64,000 bases of DNA from Myxococcota bacterium (GTDB lineage: Bacteria; Myxococcota_A; UBA9160; SZUA-336). The stretch covers positions 896,001 through 960,000 of the forward strand of contig CBDFGR010000002.1 in assembly GCA_965247115.1 (NCBI GenBank), read 5' to 3'. The translations under genes and the position numbers were made by a program. This document shows, in pieces, positions 1 through 8,970 of this stretch (the first letter of the stretch is position 1; each line of letters starts with the position of its first letter). The notes under the pieces were generated by a model, which was given only the letters and a program-made list of their open reading frames with translations, made no database searches and was not told the origin of the DNA.

Positions 1-170
1 CGCCCACTTCCAGCGCCACGTGGTTGAACCCCACGGCCCGCGCTCTGATCCTTCCCATCGCGATGCCTCCTTGCGGACCCGACCGTAGGGTACCATCCAC
101 CACAGCCGGGTCTTGGTCGGATGTACGGGCTAGAGTCCCGACGGCCTGGCGGCACGGAGGGGGAAGCTCG

Positions 171-2012
171 GTGGCGAAAGAACGAGCAGGCGACGGCAGG
201 AAGAGGGAGAGCCGCTATACGCGCCGAGGAGCGCTCTTCATCCTAGCGGCCACTGGCGGCTTCATCGTCTTCGAGGTTCTGAGAGAGTGGCTGTTCCCGG
301 AGCTGACAAAGTGGGAGTCCCGCGCGGTCAGCATCGTACTCATGGTCGCGGTGAGCACACTCGCCGTCCTCTACCTCTCGCGCATCCTGGGGACCCAGGA
401 GCGCACTACAGCGCGCATCCTGCAACAGAATCTCGAACTCAGCCTGGCCGATGCGTCTTCGCAGGCAAGCAAGGAGCACGTTCGACGACTTCTGGAGCAG
501 ACCTCTGCCATCCCCTGGGAGGCCGACCCAGAGACCTGGATGTTCAACTACGTGGGACCCCAGGCCGTCAGGGTCTTCGGCTACCCACTCGAGGCCTGGT
601 ACGAGGAGGGCTTCTGGGAGCAGCACCTGCACCCTGACGATCGAGAGCGCGCGGTGGCCTTCTGTGCCGAGGGCATGAGGCGCAACGACAAGTTCGAGAT
701 GGAGTACAGGATGCTGAACTCGAAGGGCGAGATGGTCTGGCTTCACGATTTCTTCAGCGTGGAGTTCGAGGACGGGAAGCCGAAGTCCCTTCAGGGCTTC
801 ATGATGGATATCACCGAGCGCAAGCGGTCTGACGAGGAGCTGTCCGAGCGCCTGACCTTCGAGAAGCTGATCTCCGAGCTGTCCGCCTCGCTGATCGACC
901 TCCCCACCGACCAGTTCGACCCGACTCTGAACGCGATACTGCGCCGCGTGGGCGTGTTCATGGACGTGGATCGCTGCGGCGTCGCGCAGTTCGTCGAAGA
1001 CAAGACAGAAGTACGGATCACCCACATATGGACCGCGAAGGGGAGGCGCACGCCCCCGGGGAAGGCGCAGATGCGGGTCGATCTATCGTGGTTCGCGCGC
1101 CGCATGATCCAAGGCAAACATCTCACCTTCAACAGCTTGAGCGAACTCCCCGCGGAGGCAGGAGGGGAGCGCGTATACCTCGAACGCTTCGGGGTCCGTG
1201 CCGGTGTCGTCGTTCCGTTGGCCTCAGCAGAGGGCGTGATCGGGCTCTTCTCGGTCCAGATGTTGCGCGCGGAGCGAAGCTGGTCCGAGGAGGACCTGCG
1301 CCGACTACAGCTCGTCGGCGAGATCATCGGTAACGCCCTCCTACGTCAGCGCTCCGAAGCCACGCTGCGGGGGCTCAGCGGGCGGCTGATCCAGGCGCAA
1401 GAAGACGAGCGTACCCGCATCGCCCGCGAGCTTCACGACGATGTCGGCCAGCGGCTGGCGCTCCTCTCGCTGGATCTGCACAAGCTGGGCTCGAGCCCCA
1501 GCGATCCCGACCAGGTCTACCTTCGTAGCGCGGAGCTCGTGCGCCGCGTGAACGAGCTGTCGGGTGACGTGCAGAGCGTTGCCTACAACCTCCATCCGGC
1601 GCAGCTCGAGCATCTCGGCCTCGGACCTGCTGTCGAGGGCCTCTGCAAGGGACTGATTGCCAGACACGACCTGCGCATCAAGCTCGACCTGCACGAGTTG
1701 CCCGAGCTCTCGGATGCGGTCGCGCTGTGCCTGTACCGCATCACCCAGGAGGCCCTGCAGAACGTCGTCAAGCACAGCGGCGCAGACGCGGCGCGGGTCG
1801 AGCTATGGGAAGACGAGGACGCGATCATCCTGCGGATCTCCGACACCGGATCGGGCTTCGAGCCCGGCTCGCCGCAGGGGGGCGGCTTCGGCCTCGTCAG
1901 CATGCGGGAGCGGCTGCGGCTCGTCGACGGCCAGCTCACGATCGAGTCGTCGCCGGGGACCGGAACGCGCCTCGAGATCCGCGTGCCGACCACTCCCGCG
2001 GACGCCGGCTAG
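171..2012 (+). CDS. Membrane PAS/GAF sensor histidine kinase (NarX/UhpB-like, HisKA_3)
   Basis: Two N-terminal TM helices, PAS (LHPDDRERA...DITERK), GAF, H-box ERTRIARELHDD, QEALQNVVKHS and DTGSGF boxes; GTG at 171 after GGAGG. Confidence 0.9.
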   Translation: MAKERAGDGRKRESRYTRRGALFILAATGGFIVFEVLREWLFPELTKWESRAVSIVLMVAVSTLAVLYLSRILGTQERTTARILQQNLELSLADASSQASKEHVRRLLEQTSAIPWEADPETWMFNYVGPQAVRVFGYPLEAWYEEGFWEQHLHPDDRERAVAFCAEGMRRNDKFEMEYRMLNSKGEMVWLHDFFSVEFEDGKPKSLQGFMMDITERKRSDEELSERLTFEKLISELSASLIDLPTDQFDPTLNAILRRVGVFMDVDRCGVAQFVEDKTEVRITHIWTAKGRRTPPGKAQMRVDLSWFARRMIQGKHLTFNSLSELPAEAGGERVYLERFGVRAGVVVPLASAEGVIGLFSVQMLRAERSWSEEDLRRLQLVGEIIGNALLRQRSEATLRGLSGRLIQAQEDERTRIARELHDDVGQRLALLSLDLHKLGSSPSDPDQVYLRSAELVRRVNELSGDVQSVAYNLHPAQLEHLGLGPAVEGLCKGLIARHDLRIKLDLHELPELSDAVALCLYRITQEALQNVVKHSGADAARVELWEDEDAIILRISDTGSGFEPGSPQGGGFGLVSMRERLRLVDGQLTIESSPGTGTRLEIRVPTTPADAG

Positions 2013-2034
2013 CTGCTACGGGATCTGCCGCCGC

Positions 2035-2673
2035 CTAGGGACGTGTCCTGCCCCAGCCGTTCCAGTAGGTCACCTCGCGGGCGGGTCGCCGGTCCGCCGG
2101 ACGCAGGACCGCGTCGCGCACGTATCCGACCGGGAGCAGCACGGTCTGTGTCACGTCGTCGGGAATTCCGAGCACGTCGGCGGCTTCGCGCTCGTGCATC
2201 AGGTGTAGCGTGGTCCACGTCGCACCGAGCCCGCGGGCTCGAAGAGCCAGCATGAGCGACCAGGCCGCCGGAAGGATGGACCCGTAGAGGGCCACCTGCT
2301 GGGCGACGTTTCCCGCTTCCGCGCGCCCGTGGATGCACGCCAGAATGAGAGCGGGGAATTGGTGCAAGCGTTCCGCGAGACTGCGCTGCGCCGGCCGGAT
2401 CTCGCTCACGGACTCGCCGTCGCGGGCTGCAGCCTGAGCCTGCGTCGCGTAGGTCGCGAGCGCACGCCGGTACAGCTCCGCAATCGCGGCCTTGGGAGAG
2501 GGGTCGGTGATGACCATGAAGCGCCAGCTTTCGCGCTTCGCGCCGGTCGGTGCCTGTGTCGCGATGTCGATGCACTCCTCGATGATCTCTGCCTCCACGG
2601 CACGCTCGAGATCGAGGCGACGGCGCACCGACCGAGTCGTGGTGAGCACGTAATCGACTGCGTCGAGATCCAT
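2035..2673 (-). CDS. Nitroreductase family protein
   Basis: TTTRSVRRR, QAPTG..ESWRF, SILPAAWSLMLALRARGLGATWTT motifs. Confidence 0.88.
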   Translation of the reverse strand: MDLDAVDYVLTTTRSVRRRLDLERAVEAEIIEECIDIATQAPTGAKRESWRFMVITDPSPKAAIAELYRRALATYATQAQAAARDGESVSEIRPAQRSLAERLHQFPALILACIHGRAEAGNVAQQVALYGSILPAAWSLMLALRARGLGATWTTLHLMHEREAADVLGIPDDVTQTVLLPVGYVRDAVLRPADRRPAREVTYWNGWGRTRP

Positions 2674-2764
2674 CCGACTCTAGGATAGCGGGAAGTCGCG
2701 CTCCGCGCGCCACACGGTACCTGACTCACGCGGTATCATCCCCGCCGGAGACGGAGGGAGCTGC

Positions 2765-4060
2765 GTGATTCCGAGACTGGCAGCTACTGCGCCATTCTAT
2801 GGATGGCGCATCGTCGCCGCCATATTCGTCATGCTCGCCGTCTCTTCAGGGCTCGGCTTCTACAGCATGGCCGTGTTCCTCGAGGCGCTCACGACCCAGC
2901 AGGACTTCTCTGTAAGTGCCGTGTCGGGCGCGACAGCACTGCTGTTTGTCGTTAGCGGGATCAGCGGGGTCTTCATCGCCGGTCTGATCAGACGCTACGA
3001 CCCCCGACTGCCCATTGCAGTAGGAGCCCTGATCGCCTCGATTGCGCTGGTACTCATCGGTCGGGCTCAGGAACTGTGGCAGATCTACGCAGCTTACACA
3101 CTTTTCGGTGTTGGACAAGCGGCGTCGTCGCTGGTGCCAGGAACGACCCTCCTAACCCGCTGGTTCGTCCGCCGGCGCGCGGTCGCGATCTCGCTGGCCT
3201 CCACCGGACTCTCCGTTGGTGGTGTGGTGCTCACGCCGCTGGCGGCTGCCGGGATCCAAGAATACGGCATGGAGGTAACAACGCTCTGGATGGCCATCGC
3301 CTACCTGGTCGGGATCGTTCCCGTGACGGCCGTGGTCCTGCGCCCGTACCCTGCAACGCTGGGTCTGCTTCCCGACGGCGATCGGGCGTCGGGATTGGAG
3401 GAGTCATTCGAATCCTCCGGGACGAGGCTGCGACACGTGCTGTCGTCCCGCTTCTACGTGGCGATGACCGTCGGCTTCGCCTTCGTAATGGCGGCGCAGG
3501 TCGGTGGGATCGCCCATCAGTTCAAGCTCGTCGCTACGCGGGTCGATGCGACCTTCGCCGCCATCGCTGTGTCCGCGCTCGCGGCAACGAGCATCGTCGG
3601 ACGACTCACGGGCGGCTGGCTCGTGACCGTGATCTCCATGCGTGGCTTCACCGTTGCGATGACCCTGCTGCAGGCTGTAGCCCTCGTGATTCTGGGCCTG
3701 AGCCAAACTCCAGCTGCGCTACTCGCTGGCACGCTCGTCCTCGGCGTCACCATGGGCAACCTGCTGATGCTGCAGCCGCTGCTCCTGGCAGAAGCCTTCG
3801 GCGTTCGGGACTACAGCCGCATCTACGCCATCAGCTACCTCGTCTCGACCGTTGGACTCGCGGCCGGCCCCTGGGTCATGGGCCTGCTTCACGACGCTGC
3901 AGGCGGCTACACCGAGGCCTTCCTGATTGGTGGGCTCGTCTCGATCGTGGCGACGGTGTGCTTGCTGGCAGCGGGACCGCTCGCCGCCGCGCGCGGCGCT
4001 GAGTCAGTGCCAGCGGCTCGGCCGGTCGCGCAGGGCATCGGAGCCGAGCACGATACATAG
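2765..4060 (+). CDS. MFS transporter (OFA/MCT-like)
   Basis: About 12 hydrophobic segments; FYGWRIV start, RWFVRRR, AEAFGVRDYSRI. Confidence 0.88.
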   Translation: MIPRLAATAPFYGWRIVAAIFVMLAVSSGLGFYSMAVFLEALTTQQDFSVSAVSGATALLFVVSGISGVFIAGLIRRYDPRLPIAVGALIASIALVLIGRAQELWQIYAAYTLFGVGQAASSLVPGTTLLTRWFVRRRAVAISLASTGLSVGGVVLTPLAAAGIQEYGMEVTTLWMAIAYLVGIVPVTAVVLRPYPATLGLLPDGDRASGLEESFESSGTRLRHVLSSRFYVAMTVGFAFVMAAQVGGIAHQFKLVATRVDATFAAIAVSALAATSIVGRLTGGWLVTVISMRGFTVAMTLLQAVALVILGLSQTPAALLAGTLVLGVTMGNLLMLQPLLLAEAFGVRDYSRIYAISYLVSTVGLAAGPWVMGLLHDAAGGYTEAFLIGGLVSIVATVCLLAAGPLAAARGAESVPAARPVAQGIGAEHDT

Positions 4061-4888
4061 GGCCTCGAAGCGGTCCCTCGGCACGCCCTGCCACTCGAGA
4101 TCGTCCAGCGACTCCGTGAGTGGGACATCGTCTACGAGCGTCGCGAGGTGCTTGTAGAGGGCGACCTCCTCCCGCATCTCGGCGAGCACACCGGCGAGCC
4201 TGCTCGCGCCGCGTACCTTGACCTCCCACTTCTCCGCGTCGTCCGGAATCGCCTCGACCGAGCCGTAGTGCGAGAGCAGCGCGCTGGCCGTCTTCGCTCC
4301 GAAGCCGGGAAGACCCGGGATCCCGTCTGCATCGTCTCCGACGAGTGCGAGATAGTCGGGCACGCTCTCTGGCGCTACACCGCTGCGCGCGCGCACGCCC
4401 GCCTCGTCGAGCAGCCGCTCACGCACGCGATCCACCTGCACGACCTGCCCCCCCACGACGCACTGACCGAGATCCTTGTCTGGCGTCAGGATGCGAACCT
4501 GTTCGACCTCGTCACGCCAGCGGAGGGCGGCCGTCGCCAGCGCGTCGTCTGCCTCCCAGCGATCCATGGACCAGACGACGATTCCGAGCGCCTCTGCCGC
4601 TTCCTCGACGAGATCGAATTGTGCCCTCAGCGCCGGGTCCACGCCGTCACCCGTCTTGTAGCCTGCAAAGAGCTCATTGCGGAAGGACACGATCGGGTTG
4701 TCGAACGCGATCCCCAGGTGGGTCACGTCTTCTGCGGGATCCTCGAGGAGCCACAGCATGGACAGCGCGAAGCCCAGCGTGGCCTTGACATCCTGGCCGC
4801 CGGGGGAGACGTGCTCGGGCCGCTTCGAGTAGTGAGCGCGAAACAGCTCGTACGTGCCGTCGACCAGGTGCAGACGCGCGCAGCTCAA
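4004..4888 (-). CDS. 5'-3' exonuclease / flap endonuclease (Pol I N-terminal domain-like)
   Basis: HLVDGTYELFR, FAGYK, EADDALAT, DKDLGQ, ALVGD.ADGIPGLPGFGAKTA (H3TH). Confidence 0.93.
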   Translation of the reverse strand: MSCARLHLVDGTYELFRAHYSKRPEHVSPGGQDVKATLGFALSMLWLLEDPAEDVTHLGIAFDNPIVSFRNELFAGYKTGDGVDPALRAQFDLVEEAAEALGIVVWSMDRWEADDALATAALRWRDEVEQVRILTPDKDLGQCVVGGQVVQVDRVRERLLDEAGVRARSGVAPESVPDYLALVGDDADGIPGLPGFGAKTASALLSHYGSVEAIPDDAEKWEVKVRGASRLAGVLAEMREEVALYKHLATLVDDVPLTESLDDLEWQGVPRDRFEALCIVLGSDALRDRPSRWH

Positions 4889-4959
4889 TGGACCTTGACT
4901 CCCATTCCTGATCGGCTGAGTGCCGAGTATCGCCGGGTCGGACCAGCGGAGCTTCGCCC

Positions 4960-5472
4960 CTACTCTCCTCGGAAATCCGCGTCCGGGACGCTCTTGCGCA
5001 TCAGCTCGCGGATGGTCTGGCGCAGCTCCTCTGGTGTCGGGCGGCCGACGAAGTACCAGCCGTTGAAGATGCGGTCGATGGTCAGGTCCGGGAGCAGCGC
5101 AAAGGTAAAGGGAACCGGGAGGGGACCGTGACGCTTGTCTGTCGTCTCCCGTATCCCGAGCTCGTCTGTCAGGTGCAGCCCTTCGTCACTCAGAAAGGTG
5201 TAACGGGCTCCGAGACCAGCCTTGAAGGCGGCCTGGACTCGTGGGGGGTCGACGGATATGACGGCGATGCGGCAATAGGCGACATCCGTGGCTCGGTGGA
5301 GCTGGACCAGCTCCTGCAGTTGGACCTGTCATTTGGGTCACCAGGGGCCGCGATAGAACGCGAGGATGAGCGGCTGGCCGTTGGCGACCTCTTCGATCGA
5401 CACTTCTCGCTCCCGGTCGTCGACCAGGGTCATGGAGGGGAATTTCTGGCCTACTTCGTAGCGGAGTGGCAT
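4960..5472 (-). CDS. AhpC/TSA (redoxin, thioredoxin-fold) protein with two in-frame TGA codons; probable UxxU selenoprotein, 170 aa
   Basis: Manual translation: MPLRYEVGQKFPSMTLVDDREREVSIEEVANGQPLILAFYRGPW(TGA)PK(TGA)QVQLQELVQLHRATDVAYCRIAVISVDPPRVQAAFKAGLGARYTFLSDEG...IFNGWYFVGRPTPEELRQTIRELMRKSVPDADFRGE*. SD AGGAGG lies 7 nt upstream. The TGAs (5340-5338, 5331-5329) sit at the CxxC positions. Confidence 0.85.
5298..5314 (-). promoter_or_regulatory. Candidate bacterial SECIS hairpin
   Basis: mRNA GGAGCUG-GUC-CAGCUCC: 7-bp stem with a G-initiated loop 21 nt after the second UGA and 30 nt after the first. Confidence 0.55.
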
Positions 5473-5621
5473 GGCGCAACCTCCTGCGACGGGAACGGGG
5501 TCATACTAGAACGATCGACGTGCCGGGCATTCGGACATGGTTGGGGTCCTTGGCCCTGAGAGAATGTCTATCTTAGGACTCAAGGTGTGGCCCACGTCAA
5601 GCGGTGCGTGTCCGTGATGCC

Positions 5622-5655
5622 GTCAGCGCTCGGGGAAACGTCCCCGAGCGCCGAC
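5622..5655. terminator. GC-rich intergenic hairpin (terminator or REP-like) just past the LLM gene stop
   Basis: GCGCTCGGGGA-AACG-TCCCCGAGCGC, 11-bp perfect stem extended by GTC/GAC; no clear U-tract. Confidence 0.45.
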
Positions 5656-5664
5656 TCCCTGCCT

Positions 5665-6582
5665 CTACGTTTGTCTGGGGTCGTACTGGTCGAGCTGTGG
5701 GGGGATTTCTTTGAGGAAGCGCTGCATGTGGGTTCTGGTTTTTTGGAGGTCGGGGGTGTTTGTGTCGAGGATGAGGTCGGTGGCGCCGGCGTCCTTGTAG
5801 GCGCGGACGGTTTCGGTGATTTCTTTTTGGGTACCGCGGCAGGTGCGGCGGTCTTCTGGGGGGCGGGCGTTGGGGGTGTCGAGGAATTCGAGGACGACGC
5901 GGACGGCGATGGGGAGGTCGTCGGGGCGGTCGGCGTTGCGCAGGGCTTCTCGGAGCTGCTCGGTCTTCGGGGCGAGCTCGGCGGGAGAGAGGCTCAAGGG
6001 GTGCCAGCCGTCGCCAAGGCTGGTGACCCGGCGAAGTGCAGCTCGGCTGTTGCCACCGATCCAGACCGGGGGGTGTGGTTTCTGGGCGGGTTTTGGGGAA
6101 AAGGGCAAGTCGCGGAAGCGATAGCGCTGGCCCTGGAAGTCGGGGGTGCCGCCCGACCAGAGCTCGAGCAGCGCTTGCAGGGTCTCATCGGTGATGGCGC
6201 CGCGGGCCTCGTACGGGACGCCGAGAGCCTGGTACTCGTCGGGGGCTGCGCCGACACCTACTCCCAGCGTGACGCGGCCACGGGAGAGCTGGTCGATAGT
6301 GGCGAGGGTCTTTGCGAGCCTGGCTGGGTGGTGCCAGGGCAGGACGAGGACCGACGTGCCCAGTCGAACGCGGGTCGTGGCGGCGGCGATGATGGAGAGG
6401 ATGGTGAGGGCCTCGTGGTAGGGGCGCTGTCCCAGCCGCTCCGCAACATAGGAGGCGTGAAAGAGGTGCTCGCTCACCCACACGGAGTCGTAGCCCAGCT
6501 GCTCCGCGAGGCGGGCCAGCTCGAGCAGCTCGGCGGGGTCTTCGATGCCCTGGTTGTTCGGTACGCAGAATCCGAAGCGCAT
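5665..6582 (-). CDS. LLM-class (probably F420-dependent) oxidoreductase
   Basis: MRFG...AEQLGYDSVWVSEH, TTRVRLGTSVLVLP, GRVTLGVGVG, PKPAQKPHPPVWIGG. Confidence 0.92.
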   Translation of the reverse strand: MRFGFCVPNNQGIEDPAELLELARLAEQLGYDSVWVSEHLFHASYVAERLGQRPYHEALTILSIIAAATTRVRLGTSVLVLPWHHPARLAKTLATIDQLSRGRVTLGVGVGAAPDEYQALGVPYEARGAITDETLQALLELWSGGTPDFQGQRYRFRDLPFSPKPAQKPHPPVWIGGNSRAALRRVTSLGDGWHPLSLSPAELAPKTEQLREALRNADRPDDLPIAVRVVLEFLDTPNARPPEDRRTCRGTQKEITETVRAYKDAGATDLILDTNTPDLQKTRTHMQRFLKEIPPQLDQYDPRQT

Positions 6583-6636
6583 CGCTCCAGCCTACCATCT
6601 GGCCAGGAGTGGTAGATTCAACGCGACGGAGGTGCC

Positions 6637-7881
6637 ATGACCGCGCCACTCTCGCTAGCGAGCATCGACATCATCGGACCCGATACGTTCGCCGCCGATG
6701 GCTACCCGCACGAGGCATGGAAGCAGCTGCGCCGGGACGCGCCCGTTTTCTACTGGGACCGGGAGATCGGATGCAAGGCATTCTGGGCAATCACGAAGCA
6801 CGCGGACGTCGTCGCGATCTCGAAGCAGCCGCGACTGTTCCGCAACGGGCCCAGACTGGCCGTCTTTCCGGAGGGGCCACCAGCCGAAGAGCAGAACGAA
6901 CGCCCTCACCACCTGCTCAACATGGATCCGCCCGAACACGGCCGCTACCGAAGGGTGTCCAGCACCTGGTTCACACCGAGGGCCATCGAGAGCCGGCGTC
7001 CGGCGATCGAGGAGCTGTCGAAGCAGCTGCTCGACGAGCTGTCCTCCCGCAGCGAGGCCGACTTCGTCGGGGATTTCGTCGCACCGCTCACGCTCTCGGT
7101 CCTCGCCGACATGCTCGGCGTTCCTCGGGACGACTGGCGCGCGATGTTCGACTGGACAAACCAGATCGTCGGCTCGGCCGATCCGGAGTTCCGTCCCGAG
7201 GGCGCCGACTCGCAAGCGACTGCAGCCAAGGCCAGGGAGTCGCTGTTCCACTACTTCCTCGAGCTCGCCGAGCGGCGACGCGCCGAGCCGGGCGACGACA
7301 TGCTGAGCGTGCTCGCGAACGCCGAGGTCGGAGGCCGTCCCATCCCGACGTTCGAGCTGCTCTCGTACTGCCAGCTTCTGGTCGTCGCCGGCAACGAGAC
7401 CACGCGGAACGCGGCGAGCGGCGGCTTGCTCGCACTGATCGAGAACCCCGGAGAGCTCGACAAGCTCCGGCGCGATCCCTCGCTCACGAACTCCGCTGTC
7501 GAGGAGATCGTCCGTTGGACCTCGCCCGTCATCCAGTTCTGCCGCACGCCGGTCGAGGACGTCGAGATCCGCGGGCAGAAGATCCGAGCGGGCGAGTCCC
7601 TCTGCCTGCTCTACGCCTCGGCCAACCGCGATGAGGAGGTCTTCGACGCCCCCGACGAGTTCCGGGTCGAGCGCCAGCCGAACCCCCACGTGGGCTTCGG
7701 GATCGGCGAGCACTTCTGCCTTGGAGCCAACCTCGCGAGGCTCGAGCTCCGCGTCATCGTGCGGCAGCTGGCGGAGCGCCTCGTCGCGCTCGAGCTCGGG
7801 GGCCCCTTCGAGCGCATGCGCTCGAGCTTTCTCGGCGGCGTAAAACGGATGCCGATCCGCTACGAGCTCAAGGCCGGCTGA
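6637..7881 (+). CDS. Cytochrome P450 (CYP124/125-like)
   Basis: MDPPEH, AGNETT, EEIVRW (ExxR), FGIGEHFCLGANLAR heme motif. Confidence 0.95.
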   Translation: MTAPLSLASIDIIGPDTFAADGYPHEAWKQLRRDAPVFYWDREIGCKAFWAITKHADVVAISKQPRLFRNGPRLAVFPEGPPAEEQNERPHHLLNMDPPEHGRYRRVSSTWFTPRAIESRRPAIEELSKQLLDELSSRSEADFVGDFVAPLTLSVLADMLGVPRDDWRAMFDWTNQIVGSADPEFRPEGADSQATAAKARESLFHYFLELAERRRAEPGDDMLSVLANAEVGGRPIPTFELLSYCQLLVVAGNETTRNAASGGLLALIENPGELDKLRRDPSLTNSAVEEIVRWTSPVIQFCRTPVEDVEIRGQKIRAGESLCLLYASANRDEEVFDAPDEFRVERQPNPHVGFGIGEHFCLGANLARLELRVIVRQLAERLVALELGGPFERMRSSFLGGVKRMPIRYELKAG

Positions 7882-7896
7882 GGCGCGGCGAGCCCA

Positions 7897-7940
7897 AGGG
7901 ACCGCAAGCGGAACGCAGCTTGGGTGCAGCTGCGGTCCCT
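7897..7940. terminator. Inverted repeat between convergent genes
   Basis: AGGGACCGCA (7897-7906) / TGCGGTCCCT (7931-7940). Confidence 0.35.
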
Positions 7941-7952
7941 GGTGGAACGAAC

Positions 7953-8558
7953 CTACTGGCCTTCTTCGCCTCCGCGGGAGCCCCGCCCGCCTCCGTGCTT
8001 GTGACCGGCGTCTCCGCGCCGCTCCATCCGATGGCGGCGCGCCTGCCGGGCTTCCTGCCGTTCGGCGTCGCTGAGCGCGCCATCACCGTCGGAGTCGTGG
8101 CGCTCGAGCATGCGCTGTTCGCGCGCCCCGCGCGCCACCGTCCGCTCGTCCTCGCTCAGCTGGCCATCACCGTCGGAGTCGTACCTCTCGAGCGCGTGGG
8201 CGTGGCGGCGGTCCTTGCGGTCTTCCCTGGCGAGCTGCCGTTCGTCCCGGCTGAGCGTCCCATCTCCGTCGCTGTCGTACCTGTCCAGCACGTGCTGGCG
8301 GCGCAGTTCTCCGCGCGCCTGGCGCGCCGCCGCACGCTCGTCCGCGTCGAGCTCGCCGTCGCCGTTCGCATCGAAGCGCTCTAGGGCGCGTTCGTGCATC
8401 GACTCCTTTGCCGCCGAGCGCTCGGACTCATCGAGGCGACCGTCGCCGTCCAGATCGAACTCCTCCAGCAGCCGGGGCGGGCCGCCCTCGTCCGCGAGGG
8501 CCGGCAGGGCCCACATGCCAAGGGCAACAGTCACCGCTAACGTCCAGAGTGTCTTCAT
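7953..8558 (-). CDS. Secreted EF-hand (DxDGDG) repeat protein
   Basis: Signal peptide ending ALA-DE; five loops: DLDGDGRLDESE, DANGDGELDADE, DSDGDGTLSRDE, DSDGDGQLSEDE, DSDGDGALSDAE. Confidence 0.85.
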   Translation of the reverse strand: MKTLWTLAVTVALGMWALPALADEGGPPRLLEEFDLDGDGRLDESERSAAKESMHERALERFDANGDGELDADERAAARQARGELRRQHVLDRYDSDGDGTLSRDERQLAREDRKDRRHAHALERYDSDGDGQLSEDERTVARGAREQRMLERHDSDGDGALSDAERQEARQARRHRMERRGDAGHKHGGGRGSRGGEEGQ

Positions 8559-8642
8559 CAGTACCTCCGCAGCTCGTGTACCCGTGTAACCGGCAAGGAG
8601 CACTGCGGTTGCGGAGCCAACCTCTGCCGCCTGGCTGCTCGA

Positions 8643-8957
8643 CTACAGCTCGTCGCGGTACTTGAACACGTACGAGAGGCCATGCTTTGCGAAGGCACGG
8701 CAGGCCTTGTCCTTGAAGTCAATGGCCTTCTCCCACTCGTCGAGATCGTAGACGTCCCGCTCCGCGACGACGCGGATCTCGCGGACCACCCGCTCTTCGA
8801 GCCCCAGCTTCTCCCCGATCTCGCGATCGGATAGGCCTCGGGTACGCTCGGCGGCAGGCAAGTGCTCCTGGACGTTAACCTGGAAGGAATTGCTCAAGCG
8901 CAGGACCTCGTTCTTGTGCCGCTCGTAAATTTCGGGTTCGATGAAGAAGAAGCCCAT
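8643..8957 (-). CDS. Small hypothetical protein (104 aa) with HTH-like segment
   Basis: AGGAG SD, start MGFFFIEPEIY; LSDREIGEKLGLEERVVREIR; begins 13 bp after the preceding gene. Confidence 0.8.
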   Translation of the reverse strand: MGFFFIEPEIYERHKNEVLRLSNSFQVNVQEHLPAAERTRGLSDREIGEKLGLEERVVREIRVVAERDVYDLDEWEKAIDFKDKACRAFAKHGLSYVFKYRDEL

Positions 8958-8970
8958 CGATTTCTCCTGA

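Noticed and set aside
4885..4905. Mini-ORF MGVKVH* overlapping the exonuclease TTG start
   Set aside because: It contains the likely SD (GGGAG) of the exonuclease; chance is sufficient.
5241..5250. Possible frameshift at the G run in the redoxin gene
   Set aside because: Six G give GAC CCC CCA CGA, which stays in frame.
5329..5340. Genome-wide UGA reassignment (Trp/Gly) as explanation for the in-frame TGAs
   Set aside because: Many genes here end in TGA with coupled ATGA, GTGA or TGATG overlaps, so UGA is a normal stop.
5128..5559. 143-aa plus-strand ORF
   Set aside because: Exact antisense shadow of the redoxin gene.
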